Shown piece after piece: positions 41,159 to 57,428 of a stretch of DNA of 64,000 nucleotides. The notes beneath the pieces were generated by a model. It was not told the DNA's origin and ran no database searches. It saw nothing but the letters and a program-made list of their open reading frames with translations. The DNA lies in NCBI RefSeq assembly GCF_000181795.1, contig NW_003526943.1:2844707-2908706 (forward strand), in the 5' to 3' direction. How positions within the stretch are numbered: position 1 is the stretch's first letter; every line of letters starts with the position of its first letter. Position numbers and translations under genes: made by a program. The stretch is from Trichinella spiralis. Taxonomy: Eukaryota.

Positions 41159-42692
41159 ATGTCTGATTATTTTCAACTGCGGAAAGATGACGCTCGACTT
41201 TTCCTCGCTGCCGAGACACATATTGGTTCAAGGAACGTTGACTTTCAGATGGAGCAGTATGTTTGGAAACGACGCAGTGATGGTACAGTAAAATGTGTCG
41301 CTTTGTGTTGTTTAATAAATTGTATAAAATTGTTTGTAGGCTGACGTTGCTGAAGCTCATGTTATTATATATAAGCATAATCAAACTGTATTTTTAAGTT
41401 ATGTATATGTAATTGAAATATAATTAACGTGCTAAAGAAGTAATCTGTGTGGATTGATTTTTGAAAAATATAAATTTTTATGCGGAATTCGTTTTTCCGA
41501 GGGTTGATGATTAAACTTCTTTTTCTTAATATGAATTTCATACAATTTATTTGTTTTAGGCGTTCATATCATTAATTTAAAGAAAACATGGAATAAAATT
41601 TTGTTAGCTGCTCGTGCCATCGCAGCTGTGAAAAATCCGGCAGAAGTGTGCGTAATATCATCAAGGCCACAAGGGCAAAGAGCTGTTTTGAAATTTGCTT
41701 CTCACATTGGTGCCACTCCTATTGCTGGTAGATTTACACCAGGTAATATTTTGGAATAATGTATACTGTTTTACAGCTCACGGATATAATTTTAAAGTAA
41801 GTATATATTTTTATGATAAAATATTTAACTAGCGGTAAACTAATAGAGTAAGCTGATAGATAAGGTAGGGTTAATTGTTTATTTTGTTTTTTCAAGTGGT
41901 TTATGCGGTTGTATGTAATATGTAGAAATAACGTATTTCAATTTTAGGTACTTTTACTAATCAAATACAGAAAGCATTCAGAGAGCCTCTTTTGTTGGTC
42001 GTTTGTGATCCACGCATAGACCATCAAGCTATTACAGAAGCTAGCTATGTTAACATTCCAGTTATCGCATTTTGTGATACTGATTCTCCTATGAAATTTG
42101 TTGACATTGCAATTCCGTGTAACAACAAAGTATGATTATATGGTGGTATCATATTTAGAATGTCAAAATGGCGAATTTTAGGGAGCGAAATCGATAGGTC
42201 TTTTATGGTGGATGTTGGCACGGGAAGTATTGCTTGTTCGAGATGAAACCAGCACTCGAGAATTGGGCTTTTACCATGAAGGTCAACCCGTTATGGTTGA
42301 TTTATATTTTTTCAGAGATCCAGAAGAGGTACAATTATTTTTGGCAGTATAACTGAAACCTGAAAATCTGTCAAATTTTAGGTTGAAAAAGAGGAACAGC
42401 TAGACAAAATGAAAGGTTTGGAACCAGTGGAAGAGCACTGGAATCAAACAGATGTTGGAAAAAATAGTGTTTCGGAGGTAATGATTTTAATTGGAAAGTC
42501 ATTACACTACATTACTGTTTATTTTTTTAGTGGTCTGCGAAACCAGCAGGTGGCTTATCTGCATTAGGAGATTTTGGAATGTCCAACAATTCTAACTGGC
42601 CTTCTGGTTCGGATGATTGGGGCGGAGCTGGTCAAGGTGGTGGCATGGGAAATTGGGGCGGCGCCGACCCCACGGACTCTAGTTGGGGCTGA
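41159..42692 (+). CDS. RPSA: 40S ribosomal protein SA (uS2, RPS-0), 6 exons
   Basis: [122 protein letters not shown]-rich tail. AATAAA at 42739. Confidence 0.97.
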
Positions 42693-43003
42693 TTTATATT
42701 GTCCGCTGTTACTTTGATGCACTGAAACTGGAAAATGAAATAAAATCTTGGAGAAATAATTTTCTTATGACTTTTTAATCATTATGATTTTTTAAGGGCC
42801 ACTCGTTCCTGTTGTTGTTGTTGATCTGCTCGTGTTTTATGCATATTATAAGCTTTGAACTTTTTATGTTGTTTTTGTAATTGACGCTCATTTTAGGCGT
42901 TCTTTAATTATACAGTAAGATAAGTAATTATTAGTATTTAAAAAAAGGAACTGGAGCTGATTGTATTGTCATGCGTGTAATTTTGTGGTAATTCCAAGCA
43001 AGA

Positions 43004-43932
43004 ATGATTCAAAGTTTAATTTGTGTCCAGTGTGGCGATTCTGTGGAAGAGCTATTTCATAAGTATAGTGCAACCGTGCTGAAGCTTGCTCATTGCGTCA
43101 GTGTTAAATTGAAGATTGTTAAAGAAAAATACATTTTTACGTGAATTATATTTACAGAAGCACTGTGGCCAAATAGCAGACAGTTATGTGGAATATGAAC
43201 CAGCGTTTCTATTACTGGATCTTTTTTTACAACGTCTACCTGCATATCGGCATATGCTTTTCAACATGAAAACAATGGCTAAGTTTCATAAAAATAAATG
43301 GATTGTTTGTTTTTTATTTTTTTTATTTTAAATTTTAGTATACATCAAGGCAGGTTGTGCTGTTCATGTTATGCAAAGCTTATTATTTATGGATTTGCAT
43401 TAGAAAATCTTCCGCCAGCAATGCGGATATTTATGAAATTGAATTTCAGTTTTACTGCTGTCTATTGATTGCAGCAGCGGGTAATAAAAGGAAGTGTTTT
43501 TTTAATTCAGTTGTTGGAAGCTAATTTTCTATTAATTTGTCTTTGAAACAGGAATGATTGTTGGTTTTTTGATAACAATTTTTTTGATGACAGTTCTTAA
43601 ATTGCATTGTGAAATGACAATCCAAAGGCAAATGAATTGTTATCCAATTGCATACTATGGTTATTTGCTGCTTTTTGTAATGGTCGTCTGGGATCAGGAA
43701 GAAAATAATTCCGTTTTGTTGCTAATCGAACTGTTTATTTTAACAACGCATATTCAAGTTTTGCGGGGTTTATCCTTTTGAGTTATTATTTTTGAAATCT
43801 CTATTTTTTTAATTGATTTTTAATTTTTTAGCTTTGAACAAACTCAATTTTTCAAGCGCTGTAGCAGTTGCTGTGATATCCAGTGCGTCAACAAAATTGA
43901 TGGAAGCATTTAGCGTTTACGCAATCAGATAA
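43004..43932 (+). CDS. ARV1: ARV1 (ER sterol/GPI homeostasis membrane protein), 5 exons
   Basis: MIQSLICVQCGDSVEELFHKYSATVLKLAHC-KHCGQIADSYVEYE..LLLDLFLQRLPAYRHMLFN (Arv1 Zn-binding homology domain), followed by hydrophobic exons. Stop at 43930-43932. Confidence 0.88.
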
Positions 43933-44047
43933 ATTTATAATTTGTTAAACTTCATGAGCAGTTGCTTTGTTACGACTTTTAACTGTTTTATGAATATCAT
44001 TTGATAAGCTCTGTTTAAGCTGATTTATGTGAAATAAAAAATAAAAC

Positions 44048-44587
44048 TGTAGTGAAAAGCAAAGGACCATGCATTGGCGCATAGAGGAGGGATTGCTCAA
44101 TGACAATTAGCTTGAAATGCTACTATATAAAGGTATTTTGCTACGGAGAAGCAGAGCAATCATTCCACTTCAAGGGTGTCAGTAGGGACGAAAAGTGTTG
44201 CGCAAACGTATGTAGCGGACGCGGCCTGAGCTAACATCTCTGTTTGTCCAGACAATGAAGCGAATTTAGACTTGAAGATCAGAGGAGGAATACGGTAATG
44301 CTTGGATAGAAAGGAACGTAACTGTCATTGGTTGGGTAAGCTTCCTGTGACATATCGTCGACGGTCCTTGTTCGTAGTTGCTAATAAACACTATACTCTT
44401 TACCTGCCATTTGATTGTTATAATGTCATCAGGAAAGCGCGAAGCCGGAAGAAAGGGAAGCAAAGCCGGCGGAAGCCATGCGGGGAAACCCACCTGTCGG
44501 CACCGGGTTGTCGTCGCTTAGCGACGAATACGCTAATAGCGCGATCGCGGAGGTGCAAGAGCCTGTCCGAGAGAGCGGCTTGTTACA
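44048..44587 (+). mobile_element. Candidate solo LTR (~540 bp)
   Basis: TGTAG...TTACA termini, TATATAAA at about 44124, AATAAA at about 44383, and GC-richer than the flanks. No matching TSD. Confidence 0.4.
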
Positions 44588-45082
44588 CGTAATTAAACTG
44601 AGAACGTTAGTGTGCAGCTATGTTTAGTGGCGAAAGATGGCCAACAAAATTCAATATTTAGTTATAAAGTGTGAAAGCAATGCCAGGAGTAAAAAGTGGC
44701 TTCTCTGAACCATTCTACATGGAAATGATCAATAATGAACACGTTGTTTTTTGTTACATTTGCTATACACATACAGTTATAATAATTTTAAAAAAATATT
44801 ATGAAACTAATGTTGATAAATTCAAATTATTAAGAAATACACGTAATATCATGAAAACTGTAATGGAAATACATTTACCAATGAAACTTAAAATATTGCA
44901 GCTATAGGGACTACACTACTCAATGTCCCTGAGTGCTCTCACCAACTGTAGCCTTGTTTTGATCTGATGTTATTATTATTGTCAGTCTCCTGACACACGC
45001 ACTCTCTCTCCTTCCTCTCTAATCGTTATTATCTACAACAACAGCCATTCACAATCAGAAGTTATTACCTAATAACCTATAA

Positions 45083-47674
<2,592 letters not shown>

Positions 47675-48126
47675 ACCTATAAGTTAATGGGATTATGGAA
47701 ATGATTACAGATGCTCGGACAACGTGGAGTGCAAGGAAAATAATTAGCAACAGTCGCAATTATTAAAAACCAGAGCCAAATCTGCTTTTCAGACTCCTTG
47801 CATAGCTCAAAAAGGCAAATGCATTATTTCCTAAATAGGTTTTTAAATAGTACTTGGTTATCAGAAACAAGATACTTCTCATCCACGCGTTCATTCGTCA
47901 ATATCAATATATGCCTTAAGTTTGGCAAAGTTACATTCTTAATATTTGAATTTAAGCTATTTTAACACTGCTGAATAAATAAAATTGATGTAGCGAGCGA
48001 TCTGAGTTCTACGGGTTTGGTCTGAGAACTACGGGTTCACTCGCTCGCGATCTGAGTAGACTGTACCTTTTGGTTCGTAGTGAAAGGCGGGAATGTCAAA
48101 TATGTTCGACAATCCAACCTTAACCG

Positions 48127-48422
48127 TGTTGCACTGACTTCCGATACGATGCGAAACTACATCGACTGTCGACACTGTTTACTCAACACGAATAATAGTG
48201 AGCCAAGAAATCAATGAATATCGCACGGAAAAAGCAAACACACTGAAGGCAATCTTTCAACAACGACAAACCCACGAGTTGGTCGAAAACCAACAACACA
48301 AAACAAAACTATTGCGTCACTACAGTATTTACATGTACTGATATATATATGATATAGTATATAACTACTGATACAAAGGTTCTCTCACATTGACAACAGA
48401 CTCCCCATTTCCGTCGTCAACA
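48127..48422. mobile_element. Possible LTR remnant upstream of the BEL/Pao gag relic
   Basis: TGTTG...CAACA inverted termini (296 bp). No TSD found. Confidence 0.3.
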
Positions 48423-48743
48423 GTTGAATAAGAAGAAAAATGAAACAGAAATTTTGTCACTAAACGGAGAAATTTAAAGTTTACTTTTTGCATTTTTACT
48501 ATACCAGACCCAGGCCGACGCGCAAAAACAGTATTTGTTTAGATCACGAATAGAAAGAAGAATTCAGCCATCGTAAACAGATTAAGACTTGAAAATCATG
48601 AACGATTACTGTAAGAAAGTAATCAGCAGCGGCCGAACTGGTGTAGTGGTTGCTTCTTAGATTTACGGTGGTGATATGGTGGCGGTCATTGTTGGTATTT
48701 GTTAATGAATATTGTACTCTTGATCTGCCTTTTGGATGTGAGA

Positions 48744-49360
48744 ATGTCACCGGCAAAGCGCGAACTACGGAAAAGTGGCAGCAATGCCGGCAGCAGCCAG
48801 ACTGACAGTATGTCCGCCCAGACGAACCCACCGGTCAGAAACGACGCGTCGTCGTCTAGTGAGGACCATGATAGCTGCCCTGTTGGAACGATGGACGAGT
48901 CCGCCCTAGATGTAATAATGCCATTATAAATAAAAGCGATTTACTGAGGGCATCGCCACCGTAACTTTCTTGGAGGAGTAAGATGCGAGCGAGGAATCAG
49001 CGGTGAAACATGGGCCGGAAGAACAGTTGGCTTCTGCAGTACAGTCATGAAACCCCATGTTTGCTCCTGATGAAGTTCGATGGCGGAAGTTTACTGTTCA
49101 AATTTTTCTGGGATCAGTTCGAGGCGAGTATCCACCCACGCGAAGAATTCACTGATATCACGAAGCTCATCTACCTAAAATCCCGTTTGTCTGGTCCAGA
49201 TCAAATAGTGGTTTAAGACGGCGTGACGATCTACGCAGAAAACGACCTAGAGGTGGTCCAGACGCAGGAAAATTGATTCCACCGACTAACGGACATTGTT
49301 GGAAGCATTACTGAATATACCTACCTTGAAAGCATGCTCAGACGAAGGAGCTGTGAAGAC
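48744..49360 (+). pseudogene. Degenerate BEL/Pao LTR-retrotransposon gag (DUF1759-like)
   Basis: MKFDGGSLLFKFFWDQFEASIHPREEFTDITKLIYLKSRLSG, then GVTIYAENDLEVVQTQEN*FHRLTDIVG and LLNIPTLKACSDEGA. This matches the Pao gag pattern FDG....F..FWDQF...IH....LSD..KL.YL.S.L.G....GL.I.AENY. Contains stops and frameshifts. Confidence 0.8.
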
Positions 49361-50802
49361 CAAGAACTGATCCCAACAGTTCACTCAACTATTTTGGAAG
49401 ATAGCGCTGGAAAATGGAGCTGTTCCGCGTTAACTGCCTAAGTTCTTAGACCGGAACTGACGTGGAAGCGATACGCCTCGTCTTTCGTAGTTCCCGACTT
49501 TGGATACCAGCAGTCATCGAAACGGAGATGTTAGAAATGTATGGCGATGGCCTTGCGACCAGCTGCGACAGGATGGAAGACGCGCAGACATTGGTGTGTC
49601 ACATCTCCAGTAGATTTCATGATGAAGACCACGGATTTCACAATGAAGAAATGTGTCTTCTATGATCCATGAGCGCTACCCAACCTGCCTCTTGAGGCAG
49701 TGTCTTCACTCCAGCTGAGTCGACTGTTGAAAATACTCAGCCTGCATTGGAACCGTCAGAGAGACACTATGAACACAAACCGTTCCTCTCAAAGCCTGCC
49801 CCCCCCCAGGGCTATGAAGATAATGAATTAATCGACGTGATCAAGAACTGATCCGCACAATTTGCTGAACTATTTGGGAAGATCAAGAACTGATCCCATC
49901 AGTTCGCTCAACTATTTTGGAAGATAGCGCTGGAAGATGGAACTGTTCCGAGTTAACTGCCTAAGTTCTTAGACTGGAACTGACGTGGAAGCGATACGCC
50001 TCGTCTTTCGTAGTTCACGACTTTGGATACCAGCAGTCATCGAAACGGAGATGTTGTATGAGAAATGTATGGCGATGGCCTTGCGATCAGCTGCGACAGG
50101 AATGAAGACCCTAGACATTGGTCTGTCACATCTCCAGTAGATTTCATGATGAAGACCACGGATTTCACAATGAAGAAATGTGTCTTCTATGATCCATGAG
50201 CGCTACCCAACCTGCCTCTTGAGGCAGTGTCTTCACTCCAGCTGAGTCGACTGTTGAAAATACTCAGCCTGCATTGGAACCGTCAGAGAGACACTATGAA
50301 CACAAACCGTTCCTCTCAAAGCCTGCCCCCCCCCAGGGCTATGAAGATAATGAATTAATCGACGTGATCAAGAACTGATCCGTACAATTTGCTGAACTAT
50401 TTGGGAAGATCAAGAACTGATCCCATCAGTTCTCTCAACTATATGAGAAGATAGCGCTGGAAGATGGAACCATTCCGCGTTAACTGCCTAAGTTCTAAGA
50501 CCAGAATTGACGTTGAAGCGATCCACCTCTTCTTTCGTAGTTCCCGACTCTGGATAAAAGCAGTCATCGAAACGGAGATGTTGTATGAGAAATGTATGGC
50601 GATGGCTTTGCGATCAGCTGCGACAGGAATGAAGACCCCAGACATTGGTCTGTCACATCTCCAGTAGATTTCATGATGAAGACCACGGATTTCACAATGA
50701 AGAAATGTGTCTTCTATGATCCATTTGCGCTACCCAACCTGCCTCTTGAGGCAGTGTCTTCACTCCAGCTGAGTCGACTGTTGAAAATACTCAGCCTGCA
50801 TT
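49361..50802. repeat. Second array of the ~526-bp satellite (about 2.75 monomers)
   Basis: Anchors at 49361, 49884 and 50411 (spacing 523/527). Near-identical to 8672-11524, with both ends anchored in non-gap sequence. Confidence 0.97.
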
Positions 50803-51800
50803 ATGCGATATGCAAAGGGGGATGAAACTTGCTCAAACGTTCTGATTATAATGATAAATTATGGATGTGCGATAGTGAAAAGGAAACTGTCTGGCTTATC
50901 ATGGCACCTCGTGATTGTTGTATCACATGTCTGCCATTTCCTTAATTTAGGAATTATTCGGCTGCCGTGGGACAATCTCATCAAGTTTAGAAATGAAGGT
51001 GTGGATTTATTGCCACTTTTTCTATATTTGCAGTTATTATTTTGTTCGTGTTGCATACATTGTAATATAGTTTACGATTATCTGTTGTTGTAAAAATAAA
51101 CGTCATAGATTACATATTTTTCTTGTTCTGAAGGATGTATAACGAATACCAGCAAAGTCTCTTTGCGAACTATTGTTTTTTGATTAGCGTAAATATCAAG
51201 AAATGAAATGCAAAAGCAATTTAAGTTTGAGATAGTAATGTATCAGTATTCTGTAATCTGAAAAATGTGAAACAGTAAAACATTTTATTAAGCCAGCGAT
51301 TAAACAATAAGTTAACAAAAAATATAACTATAATTTTCCTTATCGAGTAAAATCATCATCCTTGTTCGTTTCATGCTTGAAAACACACCTTTTGATTCGT
51401 AAAAACTGGGCAAATGTAAAAAAATTCAAACATGAAGGAAGTTTGAATAATTTCGTTCGAAAATATAACAGTTTTTTATAGTTGAACATAAATTCCTCTC
51501 TCAGAAAAGCTGTGTTTCTAAAAAAATATAAGATGATGATTATGAAAAAGTCAGTGTCAGAAGGGCAATGTCAAGTCAAATTTTGATAAACAGCCATCAT
51601 CCGATCAGGGATCAAAGCTGAAGAGCTAATGATATTGTTTAGTTATTTGCCTAATCAGTGTTTAACGTAGTACAGCCTATCAGTAAACAGCCAATCAGAA
51701 ACAAGAAGCGAAAGTCGAGTAGACAAAACGAATACATACTCTCCGTTGAACCCCATTCTTCAACTGTAGGGACTATAGAAGTATTTTATTGGTTTGGTAC

Positions 51801-52028
51801 TACTCGGTCCCGCTTTTCTTTCATTGTTCTTTACCCATGCTATTTTATTGGATCGTCAAATCTTAATCACAACTGAAGAGTTTGAATCAATGAGCAATTA
51901 GACAAAGAAAACCATTACGACAAAAGACTTCACGGCCAAATAAAATGAAAACCCAATCCAACCAAAGATTGGCCGTTTTATTAAAATAGCGGGGGCAAAG
52001 CCCAAGGGGAGAAAAGCGGGACCGAGTA
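51801..52028. mobile_element. MITE with 19-bp perfect terminal inverted repeat; outer TA may be a Tc1/mariner-type TSD
   Basis: TACTCGGTCCCGCTTTTCT (51801-51819) and AGAAAAGCGGGACCGAGTA (52010-52028). Related copies lie at about 456-690 and 6161-6275. Confidence 0.75.
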
Positions 52029-52403
52029 AACCCCCCCCTATTTTATTCGGTGAAAAGATGAGTTGGAAACGGTCGATGAGGGACGAAAAAAAGTGCAGCA
52101 GTCAGCGGCATGCTCTTAAAGTTGCAGGAGGCTAAAAAGAGATGAATGAAGAAAGTCCAAGTTAGANNNNNNNNNNATGTCAGAAAGGATGCAGATTCAT
52201 AGGAGGGAATGGAAAAATCGAAGGCTGCTGCGTGATTTGTGAAGTAAATTCGGAAAAGATCGACAATTTTCCGTATCGAATTCACTGCCAAAAGACGGTC
52301 GAACCGGAAGCCCGGATGCAAACGGCAACTGGGATGGGATGATGGGAGAATTGCTTCGTGGGGTAGTGGTTTGTTGGTTGGTTGAAAAAAAAAAGATGAA
52401 TGA

Positions 52404-54093
<1,690 letters not shown>

Positions 54094-54997
54094 CCAAGCA
54101 CCAACAACATACATTATCATCTACCTTTGATTGATTTAGAAATTTTTGCTTAAATTTCGTTTGCTAAAAAAATAAAACAAAAGTTCTCAACAATATCTGT
54201 CTATTATTAACAATGCAAACATGTCCGTGGTGAGCAAATTCAAATTTGATTGAAACGACACTAGTGTCGCGACGCATCTTTTCACATACGGGGACAAGCA
54301 ATGGAAATTTTCATTCAACTACAACAAGCCAAGTGATAAATTTTCAAAAATAGAAAAAAAGCCCACCGGCTCCAGGCACGGAAAGAGCAAAAAATAAAAA
54401 ATTAAAGGCCTTCAACACTGTCAGTCGCACGTTGTGAGTCGTGAGAAAAAATAAAAACGGTAAAACAAACATGGTAAAGCACCAATAATTAAATTGAGTT
54501 GAATTAAACTGAATTGAATTGAATTATTCAAATTAAATAAGACGACATCTGGCTGCGTGGAAATGTAAGTGATGAGATAAGGTCGGTGGTCGACTTTGCC
54601 AGCAGAGACCGCAGGGAACACGCAGCAAATGACACGTAGGCAGAAGGGAAATGGCAACAAACCAAAAAAAAACAAACAAATAAACAAACAAACAGGCAAA
54701 ACAACTTGGAATCAAATTATAAATAAAATTGCCCAATTTTGCTTTCTTTCGTCAAAAACCAATGCGTGACAAAAAATAAATCTAAGAAGAGGAAGATGTA
54801 AAGCGCGAGCAAAGGAAAAAAACTACACACTGTCCGTCCATCCTTCCCTCGCCGTTTGGATTGGATGGATATTGGATTGCATGGCCATTTTTTGTTCCAC
54901 CGATTGATTTGCAAATTTTGACTGGGATGAGCTGCTTATTTTGATATGCATAATATCTTGGCACATCAATACTGTCAGTCCATGTTGGCGACACAAA

Positions 54998-57396
54998 TCA
55001 AGTCGGCTCTGAGCTGATGCTCAAGCGCAACGGTTGTATTTCTGACTCCTCAGCGAGGGGTAAAACAGGTATAGCAGTTGCACCAAGCAGGACGTTCAGT
55101 TTGTTTCTAAACAGTGAAAAGCAGAATATATAATAAATGAAAATATTTTTATTAATATAATATTTTCCCAAAACAACAAATTTACCTGAAATTTGAGACC
55201 TGCGGCAGTTGACCTTTGGCGTTCATGAGTTTTTGAACCCGATGTGCTGAATGTTGGACTATTTTCTGCGCTCGCTTTGGATTCGATTCGTCGTTGGCAA
55301 AACTGTTGTCAACATACCTCTCCAAGCTTTGCAGCAGTTCCTCGTAGTCACCAAGCCACGGTGGTAAACCTGGCTCACCGTCGGCTTTCCACTTTTCAAC
55401 AGCGGCCACAAACGCAGCCAACTGTTCAAGTGCTTCCTAGAAATTTACAAAAGTAAAATCAAACACATAAACACCGTTATTTTAAATGCACGTGTGCACG
55501 TATGTATGCTTACTTTTTCACGTTGCAATTTCATTTTCGTCGCCTGAACGTCCAGTTCCATTTCGACCGTCGTCGCGTAGCGACGGCAATCGGCTGCAGC
55601 AGTGGGGGGCGTGGTTCGCTTGATCACCGGCGGATGGCGCCTTCTGGTCGGACCGAACCGCTTCCACCGGAGGCTTCTTCGTTCGGGGATGTTGCGACGG
55701 AACGGTTCGGAACGATTGGTGCTCAGAACGCTGGAATCGCTTCCGCTTCGGTTCAGTCGAACTCCTCGCATCTGGGAAAAGCCGACGTCGTTGTGGGACG
55801 CGGATGGAACTAAATGGTGAGCTTGATTCCCTTGGGAACCTTTCCGCGATCCATTTTCGGCCAACAACACAACATTCTGTTCGACATCAACAGTGCTGGT
55901 CTCCTTGTCGCATTTCGACGTTGTCGACTTTTGGCCCTTGCGACTGTGGTGATCAACTGCGCCATCGCAACGGTCCACAATCGTTACTTCACCAGCGTCG
56001 ACGGTCCCGTCATTCTGCTGTGCCTTTTGACCAACAACCGAAGCTGAACAACTTTCTGGATAATTGATTGTCAAGCGCAATTTCGAACCATGCTCAGCTG
56101 CTGCTTTTTCCTGCGGTATACAGTTCGAAGAGCCGACTGGTGATTTTCGAGCCGACATCTGTTGCAACGACGGGGCATAAACCGAACTTACGAGATTCGC
56201 TTAAAAGAAATATTTTTATTTCAAATTTCAATCGAAAGTTGTACAGGAAAAAAAACATACTCTGCAAGGATGTAAGAGTCGACGTACGACTGGAAGAAAT
56301 GACTGTTGATTCATCGCTACTTTCTTCTCTAAATGCATTCCTAAAAAACGAACAAACATGTATTATGTGTAAGAGCATCATTTTTTTGTTGTCTACAATA
56401 GTTTAACCTTTGATAATTTCGTTGATGATCATCATTATCAGCTAAATTGTTCGTTGTTTTCTGTTGCTGCGATTGCTGATGCTGTTGTTGTTGGTGTTGG
56501 TGGTGCTGCTGTTGCTGCTGTTGTTTAGTTGATAATTGCAAAGTCGCGTCATTAGCAGTTAAAAGTGGGGAAGGAAAAAATGTGCTACTCAACACGTTCA
56601 ACCACTGGCATCGAATCATCTGGGCGCTAAATTCGGCAAAATTTACCTGCACACCACCCAAACAGCAAGCTCTCGCCGTGTGGCCAGTAGACAATCGTCG
56701 ACCCCACAAATACAATTGCAGTATACGACTGCATATTTCTTGAAGGCTGATTTGAATTGAGAAAGATTGCTTAAACAGCGGCTTGTCAACATCATCGCTC
56801 CAATCGGTGATAAATTCCATCGAATCACCTTCGGACGACGGTAAAATGGCACCTTGCACAGCCACCGACAGCATCGAATCCGCTCCAGGCAGTGATCGCA
56901 AATTACGCGCACGTTCAATGGAAACGATCAGCTTGTTCTCACCGACCAAATAATCAAATCCGACCATTATTTGCGCCGTCACGGCCACACACGTCGTTGG
57001 AAGTTTCACCGTATTTCCAGCAATACCCGTGTCAATTGCTGCTGTTGGCATAATAGGATGTTGTTGTTGTTGTTGCTGTTGTAATAGATGCTGTTGCTGC
57101 TGTTGTCGCTGTTGTTTCTGCTGTTGCGGTAGCATCGGTGGTGGTAGTAGTTGTGCCAACAACTGCTGATGTTGGTGATTGACGGATTTCCGTGCATCGT
57201 AAACACCACTGTCGCCGGCTACTGATTCGTCGCTGACCGCTGCCGACACGGATCTAGTATTCGTGCCCGAAGTACTGCCTCCATTGCTACGGCAAATTCT
57301 GCTCGGATGCGCCAGTACTTCAGCACTCTGCCCTTGTCCAGATGCGAAAGAGCCAAGCTTTTCGACCAATTTGTTCTGGTCCAGCAGTTGTTGCTG

Positions 57397-57428
<32 letters not shown>

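Noticed and set aside
41283..41947. Intronic snoRNAs in RPSA introns 1-2
   Set aside because: Only partial C/D-like words, with no convincing terminal stem or box pairing.
43768..43780. U12-type intron in ARV1 (GTTTATCCTTTT)
   Set aside because: The TATCCTTT motif is offset by 2 nt from the in-frame GT donor, and no clear TTCCTTAAC branch point is present.
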